DNA of 42,205 nucleotides. It comes from a virus (lineage: Duplodnaviria; Caudoviricetes). The position numbers and the translations under genes were made by a program. Where the stretch lies: the IMG/VR virus record IMGVR_UViG_3300049899_000797, positions 1-42,205 of that record. One strand, 5' to 3'. Below, piece after piece: positions 18,512 to 27,859 of the stretch (its first letter is position 1; each line of letters opens with the position of its first letter). Under the pieces are notes generated by a model. The model saw only the letters and a program-made list of their open reading frames with translations, ran no database searches and was not told where the DNA came from.

Positions 18512-20638
18512 TCAAGTATATCCTGCTTTACTTGTTATTGCGTGACATTGATCTTTTGATAACCCTAATCTAGCACATACTTTATGTAATTTTGCATGTG
18601 CTTTTTCACCATTTGTGTTTGTTAACATTTGTGCTAACCCAAATACTTTTTTATTTTCTTTTACAGGTGTTTCTTCTTTTAATCTATCGTATTTTTCTTT
18701 AAATTGTTCACCTGTATGTAGTTTTGGTGCATTATCTATATTAGTATTAAACTCTTGCGTTGCCTTCATACGGTCCCAATAGATGTCCTCTTTCCAATCA
18801 TCGTCCCATTCTTCGCCGCCTTCATGTGCTACTGCATAAGGTGTCCACCAATCCCAACCTAATTCATCATTATGTTCATCAATTGATGTTATTACATCTA
18901 GGACTTCTTCGATTGGTGCATTTATACTACATTTATTTTCTTCTAATTCTGGCCTACCAGGGGCTCTCATTTGAACTTCTAATTCTACGTCTTTTCCACC
19001 ATACCCCATATAACCACTTGAAGAATTTTCTATTGTTCGTATTGCATGAGCCAATAATGCACTAATTATTCCTTCCGACCAACCAGTTCTAGATGCATCA
19101 AGTAATGAGGTATTAAGCCAATCTGAAAACTCTCCGCCATATTCTTGCAATGTGTCCCATATACTATCCATTGGAGCACCATCAGAATAATGTACTAATT
19201 CATCTATTATTATTTGTTTTATTATTGGATCATTTTCTCCTATAAGATGATTTGTACGATCGTCCATATCATCTTCTTCTGACAGGTCTATGGCTTGTTG
19301 TTCAAAATCATATTCACCTGAACCCATTCCCCACGAACCTCCTTCCATTGCGGCACTAATCATATGCACATACGGAGCATCTGAAAATTCTTTTTCTATT
19401 AATTGAAAAAAGTTAGGATATTCATCTGTTAATCGAACCATTTGTGTTCGTGTATCTCTACCTTGATTTGGTAATGGAACAAAACGAGCACCGTCGCCCA
19501 TTCTAGTATGAACTAACTCTGTTAATGTATCATCTATTCCTACCATTTGAACATATTTTTTTAAATTATCTCCTGATAATAATGGCTTCTTTTCAACTAG
19601 TTCTTTTGCATCATCTAAATCCCATACACTAAAATTACTTTCTGGCAAGTATCCGCCTCCCGCAATACCTTTAATTCTATCATCCATTATTAATGTTTTA
19701 ATAACTTCGTGATATTTCTTTCTAGGTTTTTGGTTGCCATAGCCTTTCATTTCACCCAACATATTAGTTGAGGTGTTATATATAAATGTAAGATGGGGTA
19801 TCCAGTGTTCTCCCGATTCACTAGTCTTGTGTAGATGTGGTGATCTATAACTAAAGATTGTATCATCTTCGTTATATGAAGCAGTATTACCACAATGACC
19901 CATTGAGCTACCTTCTTCTTGACAAAATTGTTTGTCTAAATTAAACCAAGCAGAGCCATCTGGAAATTTTATCATTGGTTTTAAAGTATTTTCAGGTTGG
20001 TATTTGTAGTTAGGATGAAATATACTACGTTCTTCATCTTTAAGTTGTTGTAACCAATCGTCTTCTATATTCTTCCATTCTTCTAGTGCTTGTAATGGAG
20101 TCGTGGTTGGTTTGAGAGGCATTTCTCGTACTTTTTGTGAAACACCTTCTGTACCTAAAAAATGTACAAGGGCTACTACAAATTTATCAGCACTATTTTC
20201 AGGAAAAATACCTCGAGGTCGGTCGGGGGTTTGCTCCCAGTGAAGTTGTGCTTGTTTTGCTTTATTTTCTACTTTTTGAATTTCTTTATCTGTAAATATA
20301 TTATTATGTTGCTCTAAAGATGCACGTTCAGGGCTATCTGTAGGATAAACTTGTGGAGAAACACTAGATAATCTTTTTGCAGTTAGTATAAAATGTAATT
20401 TAGTATCTAATACCCACCAAGTTAAAAGCCAAACCACTTTAGAATTGTCAACGGCACTATTCTCGTCCTCGCCTTTTCTAAGTCTATTTTTTGCCCAACT
20501 TGCAATTTTTTCAAATTCTTTTAGAAGATTATTATATGTTTCGGTACCGGGGCCATATTCAGGTTTGAGACCTTTTACAAGGCTATTGCGTAAATCATCT
20601 ACAATACTTTCATTTAAAATAGCTTCTGCAATTCTCAT
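18512..20638 (-). CDS. PcfJ-like domain protein with leader MRIAEAILNE
   Basis: EEGSSMGHCG...IFSYR...PHLTF...EMKGYGNQKP matches the PcfJ-like EG..M.HC / S.R / KG..N pattern. Acidic C-terminal half. Confidence 0.6.
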   Translation of the reverse strand: MRIAEAILNESIVDDLRNSLVKGLKPEYGPGTETYNNLLKEFEKIASWAKNRLRKGEDENSAVDNSKVVWLLTWWVLDTKLHFILTAKRLSSVSPQVYPTDSPERASLEQHNNIFTDKEIQKVENKAKQAQLHWEQTPDRPRGIFPENSADKFVVALVHFLGTEGVSQKVREMPLKPTTTPLQALEEWKNIEDDWLQQLKDEERSIFHPNYKYQPENTLKPMIKFPDGSAWFNLDKQFCQEEGSSMGHCGNTASYNEDDTIFSYRSPHLHKTSESGEHWIPHLTFIYNTSTNMLGEMKGYGNQKPRKKYHEVIKTLIMDDRIKGIAGGGYLPESNFSVWDLDDAKELVEKKPLLSGDNLKKYVQMVGIDDTLTELVHTRMGDGARFVPLPNQGRDTRTQMVRLTDEYPNFFQLIEKEFSDAPYVHMISAAMEGGSWGMGSGEYDFEQQAIDLSEEDDMDDRTNHLIGENDPIIKQIIIDELVHYSDGAPMDSIWDTLQEYGGEFSDWLNTSLLDASRTGWSEGIISALLAHAIRTIENSSSGYMGYGGKDVELEVQMRAPGRPELEENKCSINAPIEEVLDVITSIDEHNDELGWDWWTPYAVAHEGGEEWDDDWKEDIYWDRMKATQEFNTNIDNAPKLHTGEQFKEKYDRLKEETPVKENKKVFGLAQMLTNTNGEKAHAKLHKVCARLGLSKDQCHAITSKAGYT

Positions 20639-20650
20639 TTTTTTAAATTC

Positions 20651-21109
20651 CTACATATTGGCATGCATTGCCGCCATATGTGCTTTATATTTTTTACTAC
20701 CTTTAGGATGCGGACTGTCGCCTTCCTCAACAGGATCTCTCCATGTTGGAAATAATATATCCATGTCCCCTTCCCAATGTTTTATTCGTGCTTCTAAGTC
20801 TTGTCGTAATCGTTCTCGTTCCTGTTCGTCTTCGGTAGCCTCCATTTCATCGTGCATCTTTTTAGCTTCAGGATCTTTCGAAAAAAGAGAAGCCAACGCA
20901 TGGGCACCTAAACCCAAACCAATAGTAGTCTTTGGTCTTCGAAGTATACCTCTACCTAATCCTTTTGCACCTCTACCTAGTCCTGCCGCACCTCTACCTA
21001 ATCCTTTTGCACCTCGTAATGCCGCACCTCCAAGGCCCATTCCAATTCTTGCGAGTACTGGCCAAAATTCTGTTAGTTTTTCTTCTGGTATAATTTCTTC
21101 TATTAACAT
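20651..21109 (-). CDS. Gly-rich amphipathic protein with leader MLIEEII...LTE
   Basis: RGAKGLG-type heptad repeats, encoded by a 21-bp DNA repeat at about 20948-21030. Confidence 0.7.
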   Translation of the reverse strand: MLIEEIIPEEKLTEFWPVLARIGMGLGGAALRGAKGLGRGAAGLGRGAKGLGRGILRRPKTTIGLGLGAHALASLFSKDPEAKKMHDEMEATEDEQERERLRQDLEARIKHWEGDMDILFPTWRDPVEEGDSPHPKGSKKYKAHMAAMHANM

Positions 21110-22011
21110 TAAATATAGCCCCCTATTAAACTCCGAAATAGTATATGTTTGCTTTCCATAGCATTAATCATATTAATTGTTTCTTGTTTTCTGTCTGCTT
21201 TAGATGTGCCTACTTCGCCCGATTTAATAGACACCATAGCATTGAACACACCTTTAACTCTATCTTTGCTTGTAGGGTGTTTTAAAGACGCTTGTACGTC
21301 AGGCAATAAGTCATCAAATGATTTAGTTAAATCATAATTTTGTAATAAACTAACAACATCATTCCAGTTATTGGATTTCCACAATAATTCTCTAGTACCT
21401 TTTGCTTCTCTACCTATATGATCTTTTTCGTACGCTCGTAATTGTAATTCAATACCACTTAGATTAAATTCTAATACTTTTTTTGTTGACGGGATGCCCA
21501 AACCTATACTTGCAAATAATCTATCTACTGTTTTTGTTGCATTTGCTTCTTGAATAGCAGTTTTAACAAGACCCAATATAAGACCTTGTTTTTCAGCAGG
21601 CCAATCTAAAAAACTTTTTTTAAATGCACTTTCATCTTTTGTTACTGCTACTATATTATCTATTTGAGCAGTTTTGCCTCCATCTGTTTGTGGAAACAAA
21701 ATACTAACAAGTTCACCTGCATTGTATGAACGTCTGCCTGCATACTTGTCACTTCGAAACGGTAAAATTTTATTTACAGGTTGATTTTCTAAATAGTTTT
21801 GTAATTCTTTTTTAATTGCCCGTTTGTCATTGCCTTCTATGTGTACAATTAAATCTATGTCGCCGTGATCACTTTTACCTGCGGCCACTCCGCCAGTAAT
21901 GTCTGCAGATATGAATCCAGGAAAACCTGATAATACCGAATCGATATAACTTTTCGCAGTTGAATTAACATGTTCGTTGCTTATTCGATCTCCGCCTGCA
22001 ACTCCACTCAT
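21109..22011 (-). CDS. Pol-beta superfamily nucleotidyltransferase
   Basis: ITGGVAAGKSDHGDIDLIV (hG[GS]-x-DxD) and a third Asp in AQIDNI. Confidence 0.75.
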   Translation of the reverse strand: MSGVAGGDRISNEHVNSTAKSYIDSVLSGFPGFISADITGGVAAGKSDHGDIDLIVHIEGNDKRAIKKELQNYLENQPVNKILPFRSDKYAGRRSYNAGELVSILFPQTDGGKTAQIDNIVAVTKDESAFKKSFLDWPAEKQGLILGLVKTAIQEANATKTVDRLFASIGLGIPSTKKVLEFNLSGIELQLRAYEKDHIGREAKGTRELLWKSNNWNDVVSLLQNYDLTKSFDDLLPDVQASLKHPTSKDRVKGVFNAMVSIKSGEVGTSKADRKQETINMINAMESKHILFRSLIGGYI

Positions 22012-22430
22012 TATTTTGTCCCCAAATGATGTGCTTTAAGTCTTTTTAAATGTGCAGGATTTATATCTTGCGAAGTAACATGTCCTGCATGTTTGCTCGG
22101 ATTTCCGGTTTCAGGATCACGCATGTATGTTTTTTTGGTAACACCAAACATATCATCTTGATTAAGTTCTCGTGTTACTCTTGTGCCATGAATTCTAGGA
22201 TTTTTATCATGGGAATAATAATCAGTATGTTGGACAGCGGTTGGCCGACCTTTGTTATCTTTGGGCCCAGGCTGAATATTTCCTTTATATTGTATGCTTG
22301 TGTTTTCGCCTTGTTCTAAACCTCTATCCATAACACCAATATCATAAGTGCTTAGATATTTAGATCTACCAGCTTGATCTTCTCCTGGTTTTGTATATAC
22401 TGTTTTTTCAATTATTTCATCTATTCTCAT
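22011..22430 (-). CDS. hypothetical protein with leader MRIDEIIE
   Basis: ORF with the shared leader and overlapping start/stop. Confidence 0.7.
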   Translation of the reverse strand: MRIDEIIEKTVYTKPGEDQAGRSKYLSTYDIGVMDRGLEQGENTSIQYKGNIQPGPKDNKGRPTAVQHTDYYSHDKNPRIHGTRVTRELNQDDMFGVTKKTYMRDPETGNPSKHAGHVTSQDINPAHLKRLKAHHLGTK

Positions 22431-22870
22431 TTCTGTTTTTTCCTGCGAATAACACCTGCAATTCCACCCATAGGCATAGTAGGTTTGGGTTCTACATCGG
22501 TACCAGCACCAGCAATAGCCGAAATTTCATCATCCGGCCTTCCTAAATCCAAATCTGCTCTACTCAACTTGTTTATATCTCTTTTCACAACATACTCGGG
22601 TTTTTCTTGCGGTTCTGGTGGTGGCATTTTAAGTTCTGTATTATGTTGATCCTGTCGTGATTTTACTACTGCAAGAGCATTAGCATTCCAGTCTTTTGGC
22701 CAAAATTCTCCTCTTGGTGGGTTTTTCTTTATAAACGCTTCTGCACCGGCTCTAAAAGGAGGATAATCTGAATTTAGATGCTTCGTTAATTCCCCAGGTG
22801 TAAAATATTCATATGTGCCGTCAGGGAGAATTCTCATCTCCCGTTCTGTTATTATTTCATATAATCTCAT
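22427..22870 (-). CDS. hypothetical protein with leader MRLYEIITE
   Basis: ORF with the shared leader and an ATGA overlap. Confidence 0.7.
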   Translation of the reverse strand: MRLYEIITEREMRILPDGTYEYFTPGELTKHLNSDYPPFRAGAEAFIKKNPPRGEFWPKDWNANALAVVKSRQDQHNTELKMPPPEPQEKPEYVVKRDINKLSRADLDLGRPDDEISAIAGAGTDVEPKPTMPMGGIAGVIRRKKQK

Positions 22871-23574
22871 ATTGTTTGATTCCTTGGATCTATACCTCTA
22901 TTTGCCTGTGCATGTGCAAGAGCACGTTTTCGATTTGCTAACCTTTCTTCGGGACTAGCCTGTGCACCGGATGCCTTTCGAACAGTAAAATCACTTCCAA
23001 CACTTCCAGAGGATACTTTGAAGTCCGAAATAGTGGCAGGATCTATCCGGTGAGTAACAAGTTTTTGTTTTTCTGGATCCCATATTGTGGTTTTTGCTGT
23101 ATCTGTTGCACTTCTATTGTCACGCACATCATGATCTGATGCACTTCGGTTTGTAGAATATGAACCTGGCGTATATCTTATGTCGCTTGATCGATCAGAT
23201 GAACTATGTAAACTGTCCCCTCTATCTAGCACCTCTTCGCCCCAATCTTGAGCAGGTTTGCTTCTTTTCTGTTGTGTTATGCTCGTCCAACTTCTATCGT
23301 GTCCGGTTCCATGCTGTTGTCCTGAAGAGCCTGTTTTTTTGGTGTATCTTCTACCCTGATGGCCTCTCATCCCCATAGGCCCATGTCCTGGCATCATTTC
23401 TGTTTTCTCAAGATCAGTATCTAATGTATTAGTTGCCGGATCATATGTTGTATCCGTATAATTTGACTGGGTTTTGGTATTAGGTCCAAATTCGTGGTAC
23501 TTGCGTTGTTTCCCTTGCATTTGCGAAAAATGCGTTGGCATTATATCTTCTTGTATTATTTCATTTATTTTCAT
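22867..23574 (-). CDS. low-complexity hypothetical protein with leader MKINEIIQE
   Basis: ORF with the shared leader; rich in S, T, D and R. Confidence 0.7.
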   Translation of the reverse strand: MKINEIIQEDIMPTHFSQMQGKQRKYHEFGPNTKTQSNYTDTTYDPATNTLDTDLEKTEMMPGHGPMGMRGHQGRRYTKKTGSSGQQHGTGHDRSWTSITQQKRSKPAQDWGEEVLDRGDSLHSSSDRSSDIRYTPGSYSTNRSASDHDVRDNRSATDTAKTTIWDPEKQKLVTHRIDPATISDFKVSSGSVGSDFTVRKASGAQASPEERLANRKRALAHAQANRGIDPRNQTI

Positions 23575-24518
23575 ATGTATTTCCTAAGATTGCTGTCGTC
23601 AGGTAAAAATTTTCCTGTTAAACCAAACTCATCTTTATGTTGTATCCAGTACTCTTGTAAGTCATCTGGTATATCTACTCGTGTTCTATCTAGTATTTTT
23701 AAATAAATTTGCATTGTATTATCATACAATGGATGCCCTTTGATAGCATCATGTAACGTGTGGTAATTTGCTAATTGTTGTACTGATAAATTTAGTCCAA
23801 ACAATTCATTTAATAGTGCTACTGTATCATCTGGTGTTCCGGCAACTACTTCGCCTGTTGCTTTATCTTTAACACCTACTTTATGATCAAATGAATGGTT
23901 AGTTGCTTGAAACATTGCTAATATTAATTGTGTTCTGTGTAACCCTTTAACATTTGACGTTTCACCATAGTCGGCAGATGCATAACTAAATTTTAACCAA
24001 TCTAAATTGCCGACCATCCAATCAATTTGAACCCCTATATTTAAATTGTTACCTTCTTCGTCGTATTGCGGAAACATTCCAAATGCATTTCCAGGAGTAA
24101 CTTTTTTGGGTTGCATATGTATATTTTGTGCATGTTCGTTAACATATTCACTAATTAAAACTAATGCGGTCTTCATGGCAACTTGTTCGTCAGTTGATGT
24201 TCTTGCTCGTTTTTTAAATTGATCAAATCGCATTACAAATTCGTCAGACTTAATATTCCATGCCTGAACAGTTTTGCTTGAGATACCTCGAGGAAACAAT
24301 TCTGTTGCATCAACTGCTAGATCTATGTCGCCACTTGTGCTTTTAAGACCTACAGAACCAACAGGATGAAATTTATTAGGGGTAATGTCTGCTCGTGGAA
24401 ACACTTGTTGCAACTCTACATAGTATCTATCTAATGTAGGTTGTATGTTTTCTTTAGCAATTCGTTCAGTGTTTTCACCAAAGACATTGCCACCCTCTAA
24501 TAATTCTGCGAAACGCAT
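23571..24518 (-). CDS. Pol-beta superfamily nucleotidyltransferase with leader MRFAELLE
   Basis: PVGSVGLKSTSGDIDLAVD (GS..DxD) and a third Asp in VQIDWM. Confidence 0.8.
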   Translation of the reverse strand: MRFAELLEGGNVFGENTERIAKENIQPTLDRYYVELQQVFPRADITPNKFHPVGSVGLKSTSGDIDLAVDATELFPRGISSKTVQAWNIKSDEFVMRFDQFKKRARTSTDEQVAMKTALVLISEYVNEHAQNIHMQPKKVTPGNAFGMFPQYDEEGNNLNIGVQIDWMVGNLDWLKFSYASADYGETSNVKGLHRTQLILAMFQATNHSFDHKVGVKDKATGEVVAGTPDDTVALLNELFGLNLSVQQLANYHTLHDAIKGHPLYDNTMQIYLKILDRTRVDIPDDLQEYWIQHKDEFGLTGKFLPDDSNLRKYI

Positions 24519-24871
24519 TATGTAATATCCCCAAACTGTTTCTTATGTCTGTTTTGCCGGGCTAATTTATCGTATGCGGTAACAAGAGTTTCAAGTTTTC
24601 CTTGAAAAACAGGATTATCTTTACTGTATAACATTTTATATACTCGCCGTACATAAAAAGGATCTGCAGGTTCATCAATATCGGCGGTTGCTATAGTTTT
24701 AGCTAGGTCCATTAATTGTCTTGCGACCATACTTTGTAATGATTTAATATCATATGTTCCTCCGCTGGGGGGCCATATGTCTGTTTCAAAAGGATCCTTA
24801 GGATCTTCTGTAAGTCTATCTATTACTTCGCGCATTTGTGCGGATTTAGTGCTCTCAGATTTCGGCATCAT
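24518..24871 (-). CDS. hypothetical protein, first gene of the late cluster
   Basis: GGAG RBS; internal MREVIDRLTE; ATAAATA upstream. Confidence 0.65.
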   Translation of the reverse strand: MMPKSESTKSAQMREVIDRLTEDPKDPFETDIWPPSGGTYDIKSLQSMVARQLMDLAKTIATADIDEPADPFYVRRVYKMLYSKDNPVFQGKLETLVTAYDKLARQNRHKKQFGDIT

Positions 24872-24892
24872 GGTACTCCATCTATATATGAA

Positions 24893-24899
24893 TATTTAT
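24893..24899 (-). promoter_or_regulatory. T4-like late promoter candidate heading the leader-peptide cluster
   Basis: ATAAATA 22 nt upstream of ATG 24871. Confidence 0.5.
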
Positions 24900-25504
24900 C
24901 GGTTTTGCAGAATGCAAAGGGTGGTTCCAACTATACGTTGCAACTGTTTAAAATCAAAATTGCCCAAGTAAAGCTCATGTAATGCTTCAGTTACTCCGGG
25001 CCAATAAGGACTATCGTAGTCATGCCAAAGAATATACCCACCTCGACGAACTAAATTATAAGCAAGTTTAGAATCGTTCATTGTATATTCGTAACTATGC
25101 GATCCATCTACAAACATAAAGTCAATTCTGTCGATATAATCAGTAAAATCATAATCAGCCGAGTCACCATATATTTGTTTTATTTGTGCATGTGTTTGAC
25201 GACGTCCGTCTTTACCTAAAATATACTTTTCTTCTGAAGGGGCAAGTGGTAGTTTTGTTTCATTTGTAGGTAAATCTAAGGTTACAACTTCGCCATCTTT
25301 TGGCTGATTTAATGCCATATTAATAGTAGTTCGCCCATTAAATGTTCCTATTTCAAAGATTTTTTTAGGTTTTAATGTGCTTATTAATAAGGAAGTTATG
25401 ACTAATTCAAGTGGAGTTATATTACCATCCGATGGGTTAATATCTGTTAAGGTAATTGTGGTTTTTGTATCTAATATATCATCTATTAATAACCATGGTA
25501 TCAT
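24896..25504 (-). CDS. class I SAM-dependent methyltransferase (Methyltransf_24-like)
   Basis: IFEIGTFNGRT, FVDGSHSYE and GGYILWHDY motifs. Confidence 0.88.
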   Translation of the reverse strand: MIPWLLIDDILDTKTTITLTDINPSDGNITPLELVITSLLISTLKPKKIFEIGTFNGRTTINMALNQPKDGEVVTLDLPTNETKLPLAPSEEKYILGKDGRRQTHAQIKQIYGDSADYDFTDYIDRIDFMFVDGSHSYEYTMNDSKLAYNLVRRGGYILWHDYDSPYWPGVTEALHELYLGNFDFKQLQRIVGTTLCILQNR

Positions 25505-26424
25505 TTTCTAACCCAACCTTGAGGATGATGTAAAGGAAAATCTAAACCATCTATTACTGAATGTATACATTTTCTACATATTAGATCTTTGTCGGCAAGC
25601 GTTTTGCCATAAATTTGATCTCTTAAATGCGTTGCTTCTACTGTATTAAGTATATATTGTACACTATCTTTTGTCAAATCTCCTATGATATTTTTTTGAT
25701 AATAATCCTGACAACATAAAAATACTTTCCCTTCATAGTTTACAGAAAAATTAGATTTCAAAACACCTTTAAGGCACGTATACATGTAGTCGTTGCCTTT
25801 ATATGCTGTATCATATATGTCAGATTCATTTTTATTATTAATTTTAAGGTTACCACTTCTATTATTATGTGGCATAATGTACCAATCTACTTTAATAGGA
25901 TGACTTGTCATAGATTCTAATTGATTTTTTACTTTTCCATTTAATACAATACCACCTTTGGGTTGTTTATGTACAGAAGCAAAAGTTTTTAATAAATTAA
26001 GCAAATTACTAAAAGTTTTTTTAAATTGAGCGGGAGGTAATCCATATGTAGCACACCATTCTTCTTCGTCGATGGTTGTCATATTGACTTCTATTTTTTG
26101 CACCACATGTTTATATTGGTATAAAAATGCAACTTTATCTTTGTCTAATTTGGTTCCATTAGTATGAAGTTGAAGATCTATTCTATATTTTTCTAAAAGT
26201 TTAATTCGCTTTTTAAAAAATTTATCTAGTAACGGTTCGCCATAGTGATTTAAAACAACATAAAAATGTTTATATAATTTATTTGTTTTTCGTAGTTCTT
26301 TGCATATATGTTCGAATAACTCTAAACTCATTGTATTGGCGGGCAAAGGATCTTGACTTTGAGGACAGAAGGTGCACCTTGCATTACAATGACTGACTGT
26401 TTCTATATCTACATAATTTAACAT
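25501..26424 (-). CDS. radical SAM/SPASM domain protein
   Basis: CNARCTFC (CxxxCxxC), GEPLL and TNG; C-terminal C...LCCQD...IG...CRKC. Confidence 0.9.
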   Translation of the reverse strand: MLNYVDIETVSHCNARCTFCPQSQDPLPANTMSLELFEHICKELRKTNKLYKHFYVVLNHYGEPLLDKFFKKRIKLLEKYRIDLQLHTNGTKLDKDKVAFLYQYKHVVQKIEVNMTTIDEEEWCATYGLPPAQFKKTFSNLLNLLKTFASVHKQPKGGIVLNGKVKNQLESMTSHPIKVDWYIMPHNNRSGNLKINNKNESDIYDTAYKGNDYMYTCLKGVLKSNFSVNYEGKVFLCCQDYYQKNIIGDLTKDSVQYILNTVEATHLRDQIYGKTLADKDLICRKCIHSVIDGLDFPLHHPQGWVRK

Positions 26425-26426
26425 GT

Positions 26427-27203
26427 TTAATCAAAAATTTCAGTTTCTACAAAATCTATACAATATTCTATTCTTTTTAAAATATTTTTCCCATCAGCAA
26501 TATAATTCATAATATGTTTATGATCTCTAAGTCCCATTAAATTACCAAATAATGCAATAAAAGATCGTATGGCATCATTCATATAACTTTGTTTACCTAC
26601 CCAATTAATTAGAGGTTCATGATCTACTTTTGTAAATTGGTTAGTTATTGAATCATAAAACATATTATTTCGTGCTATCCAATTTACTTCACCTATACTT
26701 AAATATTTCCCTTCTGGCCTGTCTTTATCCCATATCCGTTTTCCTTCCTTGCTAAAAAATTTCATAGTATGAAGCATAGCATCTAAATACTCGTCCATCG
26801 AAAATGTCATTCTAGTTTCATTTAACAAATAATTATATACATCTTCGCCTGGTACTCGTGTTGATTCTAATATCCACCAATTATTTTTTTTATTAAGATG
26901 TGTACTTATTATATTATTAGGAAAATATGCGGTGTTATAAAATTTATTATTTAACTCCCAAGTATCATTAGAATAACCTACATAAATTTTATAAAATTTA
27001 TCATTATTTAAATCATGAATAACTGTTTTTTGTGGTATTGTTACTTTTCCTAAATCTAATTTAGTAGATCCTGTTTTAATTGTTTCAAATTTTTCTATTT
27101 GAAATTCTATTAAAAATTTTTTTAAAAAATGTCCAGCGGGTAATGGTGTTTCTGCATAATTAAAAACAACTTGTTTTTTTAAATCAAAATCATAATAATT
27201 CAT
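26427..27203 (-). CDS. kinase-like protein, divergent paralog of 27200-27859
   Basis: FYKIY, NNMFYD and KVDHE align with YYKIF, SNLIYN and NIDIE of its neighbour. Confidence 0.4.
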   Translation of the reverse strand: MNYYDFDLKKQVVFNYAETPLPAGHFLKKFLIEFQIEKFETIKTGSTKLDLGKVTIPQKTVIHDLNNDKFYKIYVGYSNDTWELNNKFYNTAYFPNNIISTHLNKKNNWWILESTRVPGEDVYNYLLNETRMTFSMDEYLDAMLHTMKFFSKEGKRIWDKDRPEGKYLSIGEVNWIARNNMFYDSITNQFTKVDHEPLINWVGKQSYMNDAIRSFIALFGNLMGLRDHKHIMNYIADGKNILKRIEYCIDFVETEIFD

Positions 27204-27859
27204 AAAATTTCTTTATCAATGAACATCATACATTTATCTAAAATTTTTGGCATTTTAAGTATAGGAAGAAAATTACAACCTGGAATTTGACTCCACTTCC
27301 ATAAATGTTTTGTTAATCTTTTAAATGCATATGTTAAGTATTCATCTTTAGTTACCCATTGTGAATGTTCTATATCTATATTGATTATATTATTAGTTTG
27401 TGTATTATATATAAGATTACTTGCACACAAATCTCCACCGGAAAAATCCCAAAGTTTATTCTTAGGCAGACTAGGAAAGATACGTTGTGTTTCGTTTTTG
27501 ACCCATACTAAATTAGCCAATATACTATCAATTATTTTATCGTCTACTATATTTTTATTTCTAAAAATGTCTGTCAAAAGTGTTCCTGTTGGAACACTTT
27601 GTTTAACAATCCACATATTTTCTTTAATAACAGATGTTACCAAGTGGCTTGAAAAATATGCATTATTAAGAAATACATGATCATATTTTTTTATTTCTTT
27701 TGTTATATTAGAAAAAATTTTATAATAATAATTATTTTTTTCATCAAAAACAATTATTCTAGGATGCTCAACCCAAGCATCAGAAGTAGTTCGAATTACT
27801 TTATATTCTGTAAGATTGTAAATTTTTAAAAAGTTTGATAATAATTCATTTAATGCCAT
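27200..27859 (-). CDS. protein kinase-like (APH/ELK fold) protein
   Basis: YYKIF, GDLCASNLI (DLxxxN catalytic loop) and IDIE (DxE). Confidence 0.5.
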   Translation of the reverse strand: MALNELLSNFLKIYNLTEYKVIRTTSDAWVEHPRIIVFDEKNNYYYKIFSNITKEIKKYDHVFLNNAYFSSHLVTSVIKENMWIVKQSVPTGTLLTDIFRNKNIVDDKIIDSILANLVWVKNETQRIFPSLPKNKLWDFSGGDLCASNLIYNTQTNNIINIDIEHSQWVTKDEYLTYAFKRLTKHLWKWSQIPGCNFLPILKMPKILDKCMMFIDKEIL

